The position numbers and the translations under genes were made by a program. A stretch of 64,000 nt of DNA, taken from contig JBBSVN010000004.1 in the NCBI GenBank assembly GCA_038046765.1, forward strand, positions 32,001-96,000, given 5' to 3'. The notes beneath the pieces are model-generated. The model saw only the letters and a list, made by a program, of their open reading frames with translations, had not been told where the DNA came from and did not search any database. The DNA comes from Candidatus Micrarchaeota archaeon (GTDB lineage Archaea; Micrarchaeota; Micrarchaeia; Anstonellales; Bilamarchaeaceae). How positions within the stretch are numbered: position 1 is the stretch's first letter; every line of letters starts with the position of its first letter. Below are positions 30,898 through 40,204 of the stretch, piece by piece.

Positions 30898-32537
30898 TCA
30901 CGGACGCTTGCATCTAAGGGGCAAGCTTCAGAAAATGAGATATTTGCTACACCATTAGAGTTATTTGGCCCAAAGGATATATTTTGCACTATAAGAAACA
31001 GAGAAGAATAATTCATGGAGTAGTATGTTGACCCACCATTTTCGATTAATCTCCTTTCTAAAATGCCACAAAGTGAATTTTTACGAGAAAATGCAGCTAT
31101 TGCGGGATTAAATTGAGATGGAGGAATAAGGTAATCTAAAGTAAATCGCAAATCTCCTGCCTGAAATCTTATCGGGAATTCTTGTCCGACAGATAACTGA
31201 GTATTCTGGGATGAGCATATAGCTAAATATGGATTAAACGGTTGACAAACAAAAGCATCAGAATTAACATCAACTGCTACTCTAGAATCTACTGACGTTA
31301 CTGCATCAGCTATCGCTGCATCCGGAATTCGCGCGTCCAAAATTCTTGCATCCACTATAACAGGAGCGTCTCTTTGAACAGCTGCATCCGGTATATTCGC
31401 ATCAGGTAAAACTCCTGCATCTTGTCCGCAGGTTCTATTTATATTTACTGATGCATACCACGTTCCTGCGGGTTGCCAGTATCTATTTGAGCTTAACGTA
31501 AATGTATACGAAGATCCTAGATTCGGAGGTGTAATCGTTACCTGACCGTTTTCAAGCAAATCTGTTGATTCAAAAATATAACAACTAGAAGTTCGCAAAA
31601 AAGATATTCTAGCGATTCTTGTTATCGGATTAACATTTTCAAGTAATATTCCAAATACGTTTCTTGAACTAAAATCAACAGTGTAGATTTGGTTTTGAGT
31701 TAGAGTTGCCCTATTTAGGCTCGATCCGCAAGATAGTATTGAACCAGTTCGAGCAAATGTAGTACACATTGCATCAGCTAATTGGCTTGAATCGCGTAGA
31801 GTTGAATCTTGAATTTGCGCATCCATACTTACAATGTTTGCGTCCGGGTTTGCATCGGCACTCGCATCAATTACACCTGAATCAGGTAAGGGTGACCCGC
31901 ATGTTTTTTTAAGTGAAAGTAACACACGTTCGTTAGCTCCTTCCTGAATTAAACCAGATAAACCATATTCTAGATTATATGGGCCAATTACTTCCTGGGC
32001 AGGTGGTGCACCTACTTGCAATAAGGTTGATCTAAGAATACTGCAACGCATAAAATCCTGATTCCATATACCGATTTCAATTAATGCAGTATTTTGAATA
32101 AAATCCACATTGGAAGCAGAAAATCCAACCAGTGCAGTATTATCTAATGCGAATAGCGTTCGAGTATTTGAGTATATCGATTGAACACTCGAACTCCAAC
32201 AAGTTAAAGGAGTCAAATTTGCACTTGTCCAAGCGCATGTTGAACTAGCATCAACACTATTAGAATCACTGATTGCATCATCTGATAATTTTGTATCACC
32301 AATATTTTCTGAATTAGAATCAACTGATGTAATTGCATCTAATTTTGTTGAGGCATCAATTGGTCGGTACCCTTTTTCACTACAGCCGGCTAGTGATAAA
32401 GAAGCTGCAAGAAACGCATTTCCGATTCGGTTCTTGGCGATTATAGATTTATCCCTAGTAGAATCGATTGAATTTACATCTCTTTTTCGTGCAAAATAAT
32501 CTAAAAGTTTCATAAGTTCACCTTGAAAACGAATCAT
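30894..32537 (-). CDS. secreted/lipoprotein-like surface protein with Asp-Ala low-complexity linkers
   Basis: LSLAGC lipobox-like motif; repeated DA/PDA stretches separating three Cys-containing domains. Confidence 0.7.
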   Translation of the reverse strand: MIRFQGELMKLLDYFARKRDVNSIDSTRDKSIIAKNRIGNAFLAASLSLAGCSEKGYRPIDASTKLDAITSVDSNSENIGDTKLSDDAISDSNSVDASSTCAWTSANLTPLTCWSSSVQSIYSNTRTLFALDNTALVGFSASNVDFIQNTALIEIGIWNQDFMRCSILRSTLLQVGAPPAQEVIGPYNLEYGLSGLIQEGANERVLLSLKKTCGSPLPDSGVIDASADANPDANIVSMDAQIQDSTLRDSSQLADAMCTTFARTGSILSCGSSLNRATLTQNQIYTVDFSSRNVFGILLENVNPITRIARISFLRTSSCYIFESTDLLENGQVTITPPNLGSSYTFTLSSNRYWQPAGTWYASVNINRTCGQDAGVLPDANIPDAAVQRDAPVIVDARILDARIPDAAIADAVTSVDSRVAVDVNSDAFVCQPFNPYLAICSSQNTQLSVGQEFPIRFQAGDLRFTLDYLIPPSQFNPAIAAFSRKNSLCGILERRLIENGGSTYYSMNYSSLFLIVQNISFGPNNSNGVANISFSEACPLDASVRD

Positions 32538-32543
32538 TAAACA

Positions 32544-33287
32544 TTATTCTAAAACTTCTTCCATTCTGATTTTTTTATCAGCTGTTGTAGCTTTTTCGCC
32601 TTCTAGAGCAAGAATAACCTTAGCTGGTTCGCGAGCTTCCTCTAACTGTTTTTCTAAAGCTCGCTTTTGTTTTGTGGCTTTAGAAATTTTATATAAAAAA
32701 GGAGAAACAAATACCCACATCATTAAACTAACTAGGTATGGTACATTTTTACCAAATATTAGAAGATTTAGTGCAGCGTTAACAAACACAACTGCAAGTG
32801 CCGTAACTGCTGCAGTAGTTGATTGACGAACTAAGGTTTGTAGTTTTTTTTCTAAATCTTTAACCTCCGTTGTCTTAAAGACAGATGCTTCGAGATTTCT
32901 TTCAGCGCTAATTACTAAGGCAAGTTGTAACTGTATTTCTTGGCGTTTCGCACGAAGAGCGTCTAATTGTTCCTTTTGATTTCTAGTATCACGTAAAAGT
33001 ATGGCAATATCAGAAACTTGTCTTGTTAATCGATCAATATACTCTTTCAATAAAGCGTCGCTTGAAAAAGGTGCCAGTTCTTTTCTCATTTCTTGTAAAA
33101 CTAAAGCTTCTGAAACGCAAGGAAGATTTTTTGCAGAGTTTTCTGGAGATGGGGATGGGTTTTGTACTGCGAATTTATCCTTAGATCTTTGAAATGAATG
33201 GTAAGGTAAAATATTTGCAAGGTTGAGGCTAGGAGTATTCGTTCTTGTTGAAATCCGATCTTTTCTATAAAAAATGAGACTTTGCAT
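32544..33287 (-). CDS. hypothetical membrane protein with coiled coil
   Basis: Two hydrophobic helices after a heptad-rich region. Confidence 0.65.
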   Translation of the reverse strand: MQSLIFYRKDRISTRTNTPSLNLANILPYHSFQRSKDKFAVQNPSPSPENSAKNLPCVSEALVLQEMRKELAPFSSDALLKEYIDRLTRQVSDIAILLRDTRNQKEQLDALRAKRQEIQLQLALVISAERNLEASVFKTTEVKDLEKKLQTLVRQSTTAAVTALAVVFVNAALNLLIFGKNVPYLVSLMMWVFVSPFLYKISKATKQKRALEKQLEEAREPAKVILALEGEKATTADKKIRMEEVLE

Positions 33288-33340
33288 TATTTTATTTTAT
33301 CTGCTAGGATTTTTAAATGTTGTATAAAATGAAAAAATAG

Positions 33341-33769
33341 TTATTTGAACGGATTTGTAACTTTCAACCCATGCAACTTAGAAAAATCTCGTTCATTTTC
33401 AGTGACAATTTCATTGACAAAATTACTTTCCATAGTCGCAGCTAATAAGGAGTCAAAAAAGTGTAAACCATAGTTAGAGGCAAGATGCAATGCTTCTACT
33501 ACCTCCTGTTCATTATAAGCTATTATCTGATAAAGGCTTTTAAGCTGTAAAACATATATTCGTACCTGATTATAGGATATCGAAGGTCTTGCCTTTTCGC
33601 AAAGAACTCTGGAAAATTCTGCAAGATTTTGAGCACTTATTAGTCCTTCACCATTTTCGTCTAGTTCTTTTAGAACCTTTTTTGCAATTTCGTGCTTGAT
33701 AGGGTCACTATTATCATAGGCATAGATAAGAATGTTCGTATCAATCAGTTTTTTAGTCATAAATTTCAT
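33341..33769 (-). CDS. vapC: VapC PIN-domain toxin
   Basis: IDTNILIY, QNLAEF, FFDSLL, TENERDF. Confidence 0.9.
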   Translation of the reverse strand: MKFMTKKLIDTNILIYAYDNSDPIKHEIAKKVLKELDENGEGLISAQNLAEFSRVLCEKARPSISYNQVRIYVLQLKSLYQIIAYNEQEVVEALHLASNYGLHFFDSLLAATMESNFVNEIVTENERDFSKLHGLKVTNPFK

Positions 33770-34010
33770 CTCGTGATGTATAAGCTTTGCCCTTAAAACC
33801 TAAATTTATGCCCTTATCAATAGTTTGAAAAAATTGTTTTCGAATCTGTTCTTTTTTTTCTTTTTCCCTTAGTTCGTCCAAAGCTTGTTGTATAACTGTA
33901 CTTATTGAGCCTTTTTTAGATCCATATTTTTCCTGAACCTGTTGACGAAGAAATATTTCATGTTCCTCATCTAGAGTGATATAAACATTACCCATAAAAT
34001 CACCAAACAT
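33753..34010 (-). CDS. VapB-type antitoxin
   Basis: MGNVYITLDEE...GSISTVIQQAL RHH-like; SRDEIYD tail; overlaps vapC. Confidence 0.75.
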   Translation of the reverse strand: MFGDFMGNVYITLDEEHEIFLRQQVQEKYGSKKGSISTVIQQALDELREKEKKEQIRKQFFQTIDKGINLGFKGKAYTSRDEIYD

Positions 34011-34039
34011 ATTTAAATATACAATACATATTTAAATAT
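34008..34039. promoter_or_regulatory. tandem palindromic TATA/operator sites of the vapBC pair
   Basis: CATATTTAAATAT at 34008-34020 and 34027-34039, each containing the palindrome ATATTTAAATAT. Confidence 0.45.
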
Positions 34040-34054
34040 CTTTCTACTATAACG

Positions 34055-35794
34055 TTATCTCCTTTGTCTTTCAAACATTGATATGACTTCCCTAGTCGTC
34101 GTTATATCTGCAACAGACTTATCATCCCTTAATCTTTGCATCCTGGGAAACCTTAATGCATATCCTTTTGTCCCTTTACTTTCTTTACTATCCATTCCAC
34201 ATGTATGATTTGATGAAACAGTTATTTCATCAAAAGCAACTTCAACAATATACTTTGGTTCAACCCAATAATCGGGAACTAGTGCATCTGCAAAGTCCAG
34301 ATTAGCTGGCGGTGTCTTTGTTTTTATCTTGTCCAGAGTTTTTCTAAACTCTTTCATCTCTTGTTCACTATAACCGGAACCAATCTTCGCAACAGTCTCA
34401 AGACGATTTGTGTCCTCATTATAAACCGCAACAAGAAGCCCGCCAAACTCAAACTCTGCCCGACTTCCTTTTCCTAGGAAATATCCGACAATAACCGCGT
34501 CAACTGTATCAACCGCTTTTCCATAAGATTTTTTCAGTTTTATCCAGGCAAATTTCCTTTTTCCTGCAGTATAAGGAGAATTGAGGTCTTTTGCCATAAT
34601 CCCTTCCAGACCCTTGTCGATTGACTCTTTAAACATTTTTTCTAGGTTTGAAGAATCATTAATCATACGCATTTCAGATAGTTTAAGAACACCAGATGGA
34701 AATGTTTCTTCAAGAATTCGTCGTCGTTTTTTGTAGCTTTCAAAAGTAAGGTCTTGCCCATCCAGATAAACTATGTCAAAACAAAAAACGTATAGTGGCA
34801 ATTCCTTTTGTGCCTTATCAATCCCATATTTTCTTCTTCGGTGCATAGTTTCCTGAAAAGAATGGAACCGTTTTTCTGATTCATTATAAGCTAGTGCCTC
34901 ACCTTCAAAAATTATCTCGTTAATGTTAAGGTCTTTTATAGATGCTACTACCTCTGGAAGCATATTTGTTATATCTTTCAGGCTTCTTGAATAAATTCGA
35001 ACTTCGTTGTCTTTTTTGTGGCATTGCATCCGAAAGCCGTCAAGCTTAAACTCTACAGCACACTCCCCAATTTTTTCGATAATTTCCTCGGGATTAGATA
35101 AGCGCTCAGCTAGGGCGGGCATCAGAGGCTTGAATGGCGTTACTTTGAATTTATCGATTTTTTCCGGATAAGAAAAGAAAACTTCTGCAACATAACCTAG
35201 GTCAGCACAAACATTAAACGCACGTTCTAATGGTTCGCGAAGAGATTTATCCCCCACCGAACAAACCGAAAGCGCATCTAAAATAGTTGGATCACCAACC
35301 CCGAGCCTAAGCCTACCTAGAACAAAACGAATAATATATATTGAATCAGCTGGATTGCAATTATTCAGTAGTTCCACAAGGTGTTTGATTTTAAGTTCCT
35401 GACTCCCAAGGCCAGCAGTCCCGGCAATTTTATAAAAGGAATCATAAACGTACAAAATATCAAGATCTTTAGCACTAAGTGAAAGTTGTTTTTTTTCTTT
35501 TAAAAGTGAGGCTGAAGTAAGACCCAAATCACCAGATTTCTTGTAGTTTTTTTCTACTTCGGTCTTTGTGTAACCGCTAGCTGAAGCAATCGCAGCAATA
35601 GCAAATTTTTCGCCAAGACCAAGTTCAATTCCCAAATAAGGAGGGGCAAGAATTCCCTGAACAATATAAACTAATTTACGTATTTCATCTTTTTTTGCAT
35701 TTTTAAAAAGTTCTGCAAGAATATCCGTCATCTCCAACCTGCCACTTTTTGATTCGATTTTGGAAAAGGCATTTGCAACATCAGTAAAAAGCAT
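34055..35794 (-). CDS. lig: ATP-dependent DNA ligase
   Basis: EFKLDGFR (KxDG), EGE, FDI, EGIMAK, WIKLK, LRFPR. Confidence 0.96.
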   Translation of the reverse strand: MLFTDVANAFSKIESKSGRLEMTDILAELFKNAKKDEIRKLVYIVQGILAPPYLGIELGLGEKFAIAAIASASGYTKTEVEKNYKKSGDLGLTSASLLKEKKQLSLSAKDLDILYVYDSFYKIAGTAGLGSQELKIKHLVELLNNCNPADSIYIIRFVLGRLRLGVGDPTILDALSVCSVGDKSLREPLERAFNVCADLGYVAEVFFSYPEKIDKFKVTPFKPLMPALAERLSNPEEIIEKIGECAVEFKLDGFRMQCHKKDNEVRIYSRSLKDITNMLPEVVASIKDLNINEIIFEGEALAYNESEKRFHSFQETMHRRRKYGIDKAQKELPLYVFCFDIVYLDGQDLTFESYKKRRRILEETFPSGVLKLSEMRMINDSSNLEKMFKESIDKGLEGIMAKDLNSPYTAGKRKFAWIKLKKSYGKAVDTVDAVIVGYFLGKGSRAEFEFGGLLVAVYNEDTNRLETVAKIGSGYSEQEMKEFRKTLDKIKTKTPPANLDFADALVPDYWVEPKYIVEVAFDEITVSSNHTCGMDSKESKGTKGYALRFPRMQRLRDDKSVADITTTREVISMFERQRR

Positions 35795-35898
35795 GAAGAT
35801 AATTAGAAGAGGGTGTTTTAATTATTAACTATATTTGCAAGGGAATGAAAAGAGATAAAAAAGTAAAATAAAAAATTATAAAAAATAAAAAAATATTA

Positions 35899-36333
35899 CT
35901 AAGAACAGAGACCCTGTGTTCCAGACTTTATTGCAGGTGCACCATTTATCGTACATCTTAGGTATAAACCAGTGGTTTTATTTCCTGCATCACAAGTTGT
36001 TGTATTATCAACTAAACAACATTTTGTATCAGTTTGTGCCTTAAGAATTGCAGCACTTGTAGCCGTACAAGTAGCATTATAATTTTGCTGCTGTGTCGAA
36101 TCAGTTATTGCTTTTAAAAATGGAGGATTATCAAAATCAATACCAAAAGACGTATTTAGAACATACGCAAAAGACAGTGCAATTACAAACAAGGATAACG
36201 CTAAAAACATAGGATTATGTTCCAGATGATTTCCCATTACCTTGGACATGCCATTAGAACTCTTTTGTTTGGAGGATTTAGAGTTCGTTTCACTATTCCC
36301 TTTTATTTTTAAATTTTTCTTTCTAGTCGCCAT
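35899..36333 (-). CDS. hypothetical membrane-anchored Cys-rich protein
   Basis: Single TM helix followed by 6 Cys. Confidence 0.6.
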   Translation of the reverse strand: MATRKKNLKIKGNSETNSKSSKQKSSNGMSKVMGNHLEHNPMFLALSLFVIALSFAYVLNTSFGIDFDNPPFLKAITDSTQQQNYNATCTATSAAILKAQTDTKCCLVDNTTTCDAGNKTTGLYLRCTINGAPAIKSGTQGLCS

Positions 36334-36436
36334 ACTCTACAAATATTCGTTATAAGTATTTAAATATTTGCATAAGATTTTAAGTAAAAATCACATAAGC
36401 ACTAAACTAATAATCAGAAAACAAAGGAAAAGAAAT

Positions 36437-36553
36437 TGGGGGAGCCGTGATAGTCAGTCTTGAGTCTCCAGTTTATGTTTTGGAAACGAAAACATTTGAA
36501 CACAGATCACCGGCTCCCAAAGCCGACAGTCTACCAGGTTAGCCCACTCCCCC
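36437..36553 (-). tRNA. tRNA-Pro(UGG) with a 44-nt intron in the T-loop (36451-36494, position 59/60)
   Basis: Acceptor GGGGGAG/CTCCCCC-A; anticodon arm TCGGC-TTTGGGA-GCCGG; T-stem CTGTG/CACGG with TTCAAA|T split by the insert; CCA not encoded. Confidence 0.88.
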
Positions 36554-36663
36554 ACGTAAATAATAAATTAAATGGAAACAAAAGTAAATAAAAAACTAGG
36601 CTTTTTTGATTATGCTCAAAAAGCTAGAAAAATATACTGGAAAAATACATCATTTTCTGAAGT

Positions 36664-37833
36664 TTAGGCCAACTCGGGATTTACAACTTCAACCGAAGCA
36701 CGTTTACTCTTGCTTCTTCGAGCTTTCTTCGTTTTAATCTTTTTTACCTGCGCGATAACGGAAACAGGGTTCTTTTGAGAATTTCCCTTATTCAGATCAA
36801 TTTTCTTAGAAGTTTCTTTTGATGCAACCAATTCTTCAGAAGCAACAGAATCGGATTTGACCTTAGGCTTATTTTTTATAAGTATATAATAAGAAACAAA
36901 GGCGATTGCAATAAAGACTAATACAGCAGATAGGGCAATTGCGCCAGTAAAGTCAGTTTGTGTAACCTGGGTTGGCACTTGCGATCCCCCATCAACTTTA
37001 ACCCCAGGAGTGATTTTTGCACTTTTAGCCAAAGCAATCGCTTCGTTAGCTAAAGAAATAGATTTTTCGTAGTATTGGGATACTAAAGCAATCTTTGAAA
37101 GAGAAAGTTTCACATTGGCATCAGATACATCTGACCCATTCTTTTTTGCAATCTCAATTTCTTTCTGGGCATTATTAATTAAATCCTGTGCTGTTGCAGC
37201 TAATTTTGCATCAGATAAAATAACTGCCGGAACATAGGTGTCAGAAACAACAGGAGAAATTACAGATGAATTATCCGCAGTATTATTTATTGATTTATTA
37301 ACAGATACATTAGTTTGATTAGCAACCATTATGTTGGAAGTATTTAGATTAGTGGAATTATTGGATGTTGATGCATTATTAGAAGATAAAGACAATAGGT
37401 TAGAATCTGCAACTTGCTTACATGCAGCATAATCAAAATAAAATTTTAATGTTTCTGGCCTCTGATAACCAGCTAGTGAACCGTCGACTTCGTAATTTCC
37501 AGAGCGTGTGAGGTTAACTTGTACACCACCAGTATAATTGGAAAGCTGACCTGAAACTTCTCCAACAAAAGGACTTACAAGAACTACGCTAATATTTGCA
37601 TTTGCAATTTCATCCCCCACAGATGTTGCATAGATCGTAAGTAAACCTTGGGGGCAAGTAACGTTTTGTTTTAATGTCAATGGTCTAATAGATGTCCCTT
37701 GATTATCGCTGGACCAAGCAAAGCCAGCATAATTGTAACCAATAGAATACCCAAATGCTACAAGTAAAATTCCTGCAGATAGAGCAATTACTAAAAATAT
37801 TGGTATAAAATGTCGAAATTCCAAAATAATCAA
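36664..37833 (-). CDS. membrane-anchored surface protein with N/S/T-rich linker
   Basis: N-terminal hydrophobic segment, many N-x-S/T sequons, C-terminal TM and basic tail. Confidence 0.7.
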   Translation of the reverse strand: MIILEFRHFIPIFLVIALSAGILLVAFGYSIGYNYAGFAWSSDNQGTSIRPLTLKQNVTCPQGLLTIYATSVGDEIANANISVVLVSPFVGEVSGQLSNYTGGVQVNLTRSGNYEVDGSLAGYQRPETLKFYFDYAACKQVADSNLLSLSSNNASTSNNSTNLNTSNIMVANQTNVSVNKSINNTADNSSVISPVVSDTYVPAVILSDAKLAATAQDLINNAQKEIEIAKKNGSDVSDANVKLSLSKIALVSQYYEKSISLANEAIALAKSAKITPGVKVDGGSQVPTQVTQTDFTGAIALSAVLVFIAIAFVSYYILIKNKPKVKSDSVASEELVASKETSKKIDLNKGNSQKNPVSVIAQVKKIKTKKARRSKSKRASVEVVNPELA

Positions 37834-37859
37834 CCTGTTTAATTTTTTTAAATTTTATT

Positions 37860-38639
37860 TTATTTTTTCTTATTAAATGATTTTTGATAGGACTTAACTT
37901 TTACAGATATTATTTTTTCTTTTTTAAAGAATTTAAAGGAAACGTAAGCCAAAACAAATATAACAACTATCAAAAGAATAGCTGCCACATTAAGTTCTTT
38001 TGATTCGAGTATAAACGGCTCTGAATTTTGCAGTACCTCTGCCATATCAAAAACACCAGTATTACCTTGGATTTTTGCACTGTAATTACCGGAAATAGCA
38101 AGACTAATCTGACCGGGCATTTTTACTGTATATAAAAAAATCATTTTGCTTTGCAGCAAAGATTTTGCAAGCTCAGAATTGATTTGTTTTTTTGTTAGAT
38201 CTAGTGCTTCAGGATTATTTGATACGCCAATACCCGTAGGCAATTGATTGACAATCGAAGTATAAAATGAAGAAAATTTATCTGTTGGAAGCCTGGTAAT
38301 TTTTGCTCGATAAACATTAAAAGGAAATTCGAAAGCACTTGAAAAAGTATAATAAGTATTATCTGGAATAAGCGAAGTTTGAAGCGTTAAAGTATTATTT
38401 GTAAAAGAACAATTACTGGTTTTTTGACATTCACTTTGCACTATTGAAGTAAAATTCTCATAGCCTTCCACAGAATTTGTTTTTGTAATTTGTGAAAGTT
38501 TTGAAGTACCATCAGCACTAAAATTTTGCAGATATGTTTGTGAAATGCATCCAGATAACAGAACGATCGTAAAAACAATAGCGAATAATAAATTTTTCAT
38601 AAACAGTACGACACTGATTTTAATTTTAAACCTTTGCAT
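37860..38639 (-). CDS. lipoprotein with C-terminal TM (LppM-like architecture)
   Basis: LLSGC lipobox, DGTS, YTVKMPG, C-terminal TM. Confidence 0.6.
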   Translation of the reverse strand: MQRFKIKISVVLFMKNLLFAIVFTIVLLSGCISQTYLQNFSADGTSKLSQITKTNSVEGYENFTSIVQSECQKTSNCSFTNNTLTLQTSLIPDNTYYTFSSAFEFPFNVYRAKITRLPTDKFSSFYTSIVNQLPTGIGVSNNPEALDLTKKQINSELAKSLLQSKMIFLYTVKMPGQISLAISGNYSAKIQGNTGVFDMAEVLQNSEPFILESKELNVAAILLIVVIFVLAYVSFKFFKKEKIISVKVKSYQKSFNKKK

Positions 38640-38752
38640 TTGTTACATCTCATTATTTACTACATTTTTGCGTTTCTCTAATGTATTTTCTTATTATATA
38701 CCGCCCAAGACGCGACACAAAAACAAATCTTATGGTCGCGTCAGTCGAATTA

Positions 38753-39825
38753 TTATATCGGAAACAAACCATTAAATTTTGCAATAACTCTTTTGCGAAA
38801 TTTATAAGTGTCGGCAAATTTGGCATAAGCTAGCCAACCTTCCAAACTTTGCAAAACTTCTGATCGATTAATTTCTCCTTTTTCATATTTCTGCTTAAAT
38901 TTTTCTAATCGTTTCCATATTCTTCCTGAATTACTTTTCTTTAACAAACGATATTTTGGAAATATCCTAAAACCTAAGAAAGTTACTCCTCTTTTTATCG
39001 ATATTAATCGGGATTTTTCAGGATGCAACTCGAGCATCAATTTTTCCTTCAAAAAAATATTGAGTTCATTCTTCCATTTTTGCAGAATATTTTTATCTCT
39101 GTGTAGAATTACAAAATCATCAACATAGCGAATGTAGCATCTTGCTTTCAATTTATGTTTTACAAACTGATCAAGTTCGTTGAGATAAACATTTGCAAAG
39201 AATTGAGAGGTTAAATTTCCAATAGACATACCTTTTCCTTGAACTGGATTCTTGTAATTTTCCAATATTTTTCTTATTAGCAAAAATACAGCCCGATCTT
39301 TTATCTTTCGTTCAATTATGCCCAGTAAAACTTCATGATCTACAGTGTCAAAATAATGCCGAATATCAGCTTTAAGGACATAACCAATTACTGCATTTTC
39401 AGAGCTCTCTCTCTCTCTTCAAATTTTTGGTGGTTAAGTGTGGTCTTTCTCAAGAATTGTTCAAACCGATTAATGGCGTTGTGAGTTCCTTTTCCTTTTC
39501 TGTTTGCAAATGAATCAAAAATAAAATCTTTTTCAAAAATAGGGGAAAGTATATTACATATTGCATGGTGAACAACCCTATCCCTAAAGTAAGAAGCACT
39601 TATCTTTCTTGTCTTTGGATCTCTTACAATAAAGGTACTTAGTGGGGAGGGCGAATAGGTAAACTTTTCTAATTCGTTACTGAGCTTGATTAAATTCTGC
39701 TTTAAATCAGATTCAAATTCTATTACGTAATCCTTCAGGGTTTTCCTTTCCCTTGCCTTTTTGAAGGCAAGTTGGAGGTTTTCAATGGAACATATTTGAG
39801 AATACAAATTCTTGTAAACTTTCAT
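38753..39825 (-). CDS. DGR reverse transcriptase, split by a frameshift at an (AG)7 tract (39405-39418)
   Basis: Frame 1 from ATG 39825: KTRKIS, FRDRVVHHA, SFANRKGKGTH. Frame 2: YVLKADIRHYFDTVDH, GMSIGNLTSQFFANVYL, YIRYVDDF, FLGFR. Removing one AG gives a 356-aa ORF. Confidence 0.92.
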
Positions 39826-39856
39826 AGATGTCAAGTCCCATGGGCTGTAAGCCAGA

Positions 39857-39947
39857 GTCATTTCGTAACCGTTGTCGTGCCTTCTGTTGGCATTGACATT
39901 CTGCCTGTTGATGTCGTTCCTGTTGAAGTTACGGATCAAAGGGCGCA
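39857..39947 (-). repeat. DGR template repeat (TR)
   Basis: 91 nt, AAC-rich; 17 mismatches to 40416-40506, all at TR adenines on the minus strand. Confidence 0.95.
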
Positions 39948-40204
39948 GAGGTAACCCATCCACTCTAGCAAGCTGCAATTAGATTGCAGATTGCAACGGT
40001 GCCTAGCACCAACACCACAGTTTCACGTTTTCATCAAGCTAGACTACTTGGTGTCACTGTTGAATTTCATTGAGAAATATTTAGATTTCAAAATAGTGAA
40101 AATTTCTAAAGATTTTCATTCATGTCTAACTACCAAAAGGTAGCTAGCACTGTGGATGAGTGTGTGGCCCTAAGCTTACAACCTAGGGAAAAAGATAAAG
40201 AAGG

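Noticed and set aside
39826..39978. ORF-track N-terminal extension of the RT through the TR (MQLARV...NFNRNDINRQNVNAN)
   Set aside because: It is the TR read in the VR frame; RT-like sequence starts at MKVYKNLY (ATG 39825)
38753..39978. RT as group II intron, retron or CRISPR-associated RT
   Set aside because: Short RT with GNLTSQ motif, no maturase/endonuclease or cas genes, and an adenine-specific TR/VR pair next to it
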